A DNA stretch of 32,000 bases from Amoeboradix gromovi X-113 (lineage: Eukaryota > Fungi > Sanchytriomycota). The stretch spans positions 7,464-39,463 of the forward strand of contig JADGIF010000018.1 of the NCBI GenBank assembly GCA_018985225.1. The letters are read 5' to 3'. The notes below the pieces were generated by a model. The model searched no databases and was not told where the DNA came from. It worked only from the letters and a program-made list of their open reading frames with translations. Each line of letters opens with the position of its first letter. Within the stretch, counting starts at the first letter, position 1. Of the stretch, positions 30,065 through 32,000 are shown piece after piece. The position numbers and the translations under genes were made by a program.

Positions 30065-31760
30065 TTACTTGTTCTTGGCACAATATTTCTTAACATATTT
30101 CTTTACTTTTTCTTCTTTAGATGTAGTCCAGGGCTGTATGCAATTATGCCTAACTAATTCTGCATCAATTATGGTATCAGTAATCTATATTAGTGTAATC
30201 TACTTTTTTCGCATGCTCCTTAAATTTGTCTTTGTTTTTCTTTAATTCATGTCCATATTTAGATAGCCTACTTATAACAGTATTACTTATGTCTTTCCTG
30301 AGTTGCTTATATGCGATGGATAGATACTTGTCTTTTTCAAATGATTTCTTCAAATTCAACAGCTTTTTGATCTCAATTTCAGCCATTACAGTGTCCACAT
30401 CCAAGTCATCGACAGTATCTAGTTTAGGTGTCATTACTTCAATGTTGTCTCTTGTTTCCTTCTCCTCTAACTCTCTGGGTCTCTTTGTTTGTCTTTTGCC
30501 GTACTTATTCTCGTAGTAGATGCCTCTCTGGTCTTTGTAGCATTTCCAGTCTTTGTCTAACGTGTCATCTTCTATTAATACAGCAGGCGATCTCTGCTGA
30601 CTAAATGGAGTTGGCTCAGTAATGGTTTTCTGCCTCTTGGGCTTCGGATTTACAGGTTCAGGCGATGGTCTTCTCTTCTTAGTTATTATTATGTCCATTT
30701 TGAGACTGTTCCATTTCTCATACAGCAAAGTTAATTCTTTTGTGCTCGTATCCAGAAGTGCTTCTATCTGTTGAAGCAAACCAACCTTGACTAGATAATT
30801 CTTCCTAGTTAGTGGTAATAAATTGCATAAATGAATAATATCCTTGAAGAATGGCTCCTTAGTGTATTGAGACAACGAGTCCTTGAGCATTAACAGTCCG
30901 TGGCAATTTATAAATGCCAAGTGTATCATCTTATCGCTTCGCAGCAACTGGTATAAGCTAGATTCAAATTGCGCCAAAGTCATGTCCTTCAAAAATAAAC
31001 GCATCATTTTCAAAATTTCATCTTGATTTTCAAATGGAACCGCATTTTCCATCATATCTTTACGTGCTATAGCAGATATCTCAGCCATATCTTCTTTAGC
31101 CTGTCCAATGTAACCACGACACGTAGGTTCATTGCAAAAGCATTTTTGGGGTTTTCCAAAGCGTTCAAAATTGTAATCGAAAGTCAGTTCCTCATCTTTA
31201 CAAATAAATCTTGTGGCAAATAGTCCCATTCTTAATCGGTTGTTTACAATCCATTGTTGAATAGAACAATTAGGATTACAAGAGTGATTACAAAATCTAG
31301 CAATACCACCCCTTTTGGTTGCATCAACATACTCATTTGATCGCAAAGACATTCCATAAAAATGTTGATGATTTTGTTTGGTATATTCTTTTATCCTTTT
31401 ATGAAAACTCTTTTCTGTTATAAATTCACCAACATACTCCATGATAAATTCTGATTTGTTTATATCTTCTCTGGCAACTACTCCGAATCCTTTGTTGGCG
31501 GTCTGTATCACACTTACATTCTTATACTCTTTATTTTGAAATTTCATGTTTCTACAAATTTCAGCAACGGGACAAGTATCGGCAAGACATTCGATAAGTA
31601 GTTCTCTGTTAACGCAACTATCTTCACAGGGATCAGTAAATTGGCAGTGGCACTTAAATTCGCCGGTATGTTGAGCTATTCCAATTTGTTTGTTTTGGTA
31701 CTCATTGTCTTCTATCAGAATGAATGTTGATAGCGCTGCTTCTTCAACGTTAGTTGACAT
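30065..31760 (-). CDS. SET2: H3K36 methyltransferase Set2, exons 31760-30204 + 30184-30065 (558 aa)
   Basis: AWS (CVNR...IEC), SET (KGFG, EYVGE, ARFCNHSCNPNC, EELTFDY), post-SET (CFCNEPTCRGYIG), degenerate WW, and an SRI domain completed by exon 2 (ITDTIIDAEL...KVKKYVKKY). Confidence 0.95.
30185..30203 (-). other. 19-nt GT-AG intron (SET2)
   Basis: GTAGATTACACTAATATAG; phase 0; completes the SRI domain. Confidence 0.88.
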
Positions 31761-31804
31761 AGTAATTATGACTTGTTTTGAAGAAAACTCCTTTTAATCC
31801 ATTT

Positions 31805-32000
31805 AGGACATCAAATATAAAAACTGGACTAACTTTCTGATACAGTTTGAATCATTATCTCAGCTTTATTAATTTTATGGATTTAAGAGGCGAGTGGACA
31901 TTCAGCTAGTTGTGGAGTTGACGAGTATAAAAGGAAAATAAATATTCTGTACAGCTATTCTCTTACTCTTTCATCCAATCTTTATTTCAAATAAACCTCT
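31805..32000 (+). mobile_element. MITE-like TIR element copy F (cut by the window edge)
   Basis: AGGACATCAAATATAAAAACTGGACTAAC followed by the reverse complement of the A/C/E interior. Confidence 0.88.

Noticed and set aside
292-31223. Short antisense or overlapping ORFs in the track (e.g. 292, 490, 4633, 5684, 16958, 17679, 22945, 30226)
   Set aside because: They are shadows of well-supported genes, many without ATG starts and none with recognisable motifs.
4536-31760. Functional cluster of chromatin/mRNA-export genes (MEX67, BRE2, Ssr4-like, SUS1, SET2)
   Set aside because: They are interspersed with unrelated housekeeping genes and I saw no shared regulatory motif; likely chance.
1-32000. 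Non-standard genetic code (TAA/TAG = Gln, as in some aphelids)
   Set aside because: Conserved proteins end at TAA/TAG at the expected places (SKL-TAA; Mex67 DAFSI-TAG), and apparent truncations are explained by short introns.

Overview
Eukaryotic, AT-rich and very compact gene-dense window, most consistent with an early-diverging fungus (inference from PacC/Rim101-, Ssr4-, Mex67- and Sus1-type genes). The genetic code is standard: TAA, TAG and TGA all terminate genes. About 19 protein genes are present: GAA1, MEX67, SDH5, a peroxisomal carnitine acyltransferase, ASH2/BRE2, TBCB, an AMT/MEP transporter, Ssr4-like, SUS1, ATG4, a PacC-like zinc finger, PPM1, TMEM42-like, SET2, three paralogous 4-TM proteins and two unknowns, plus one dispersed 5S rRNA gene. 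Two things stand out. (1) Five genes are completed only by splicing ultra-short 19-20 nt introns, one of them GC-AG, with the branch point fused to the 3' splice site. (2) The intergenic DNA is saturated with TnpB/Fanzor-derived sequence. Six MITE-like TIR elements (about 415-620 bp; one cut by the window edge) are present. The five whose right half is visible retain the 3' end of a Fanzor-like nuclease gene whose stop codon lies in the right TIR, and the four scorable left flanks share CAT-NN (TTACAT-NN in three). These are candidate 'ghost' omegaRNA loci with a TAM. A second, Fanzor2/IS607-TnpB-like family survives as at least four clear relics sharing conserved downstream motifs, one lying just after a Sola-like DDD transposase pseudogene. 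No intact Fanzor or transposase ORF is in the window. All family assignments are from manual motif recognition, not database searches.
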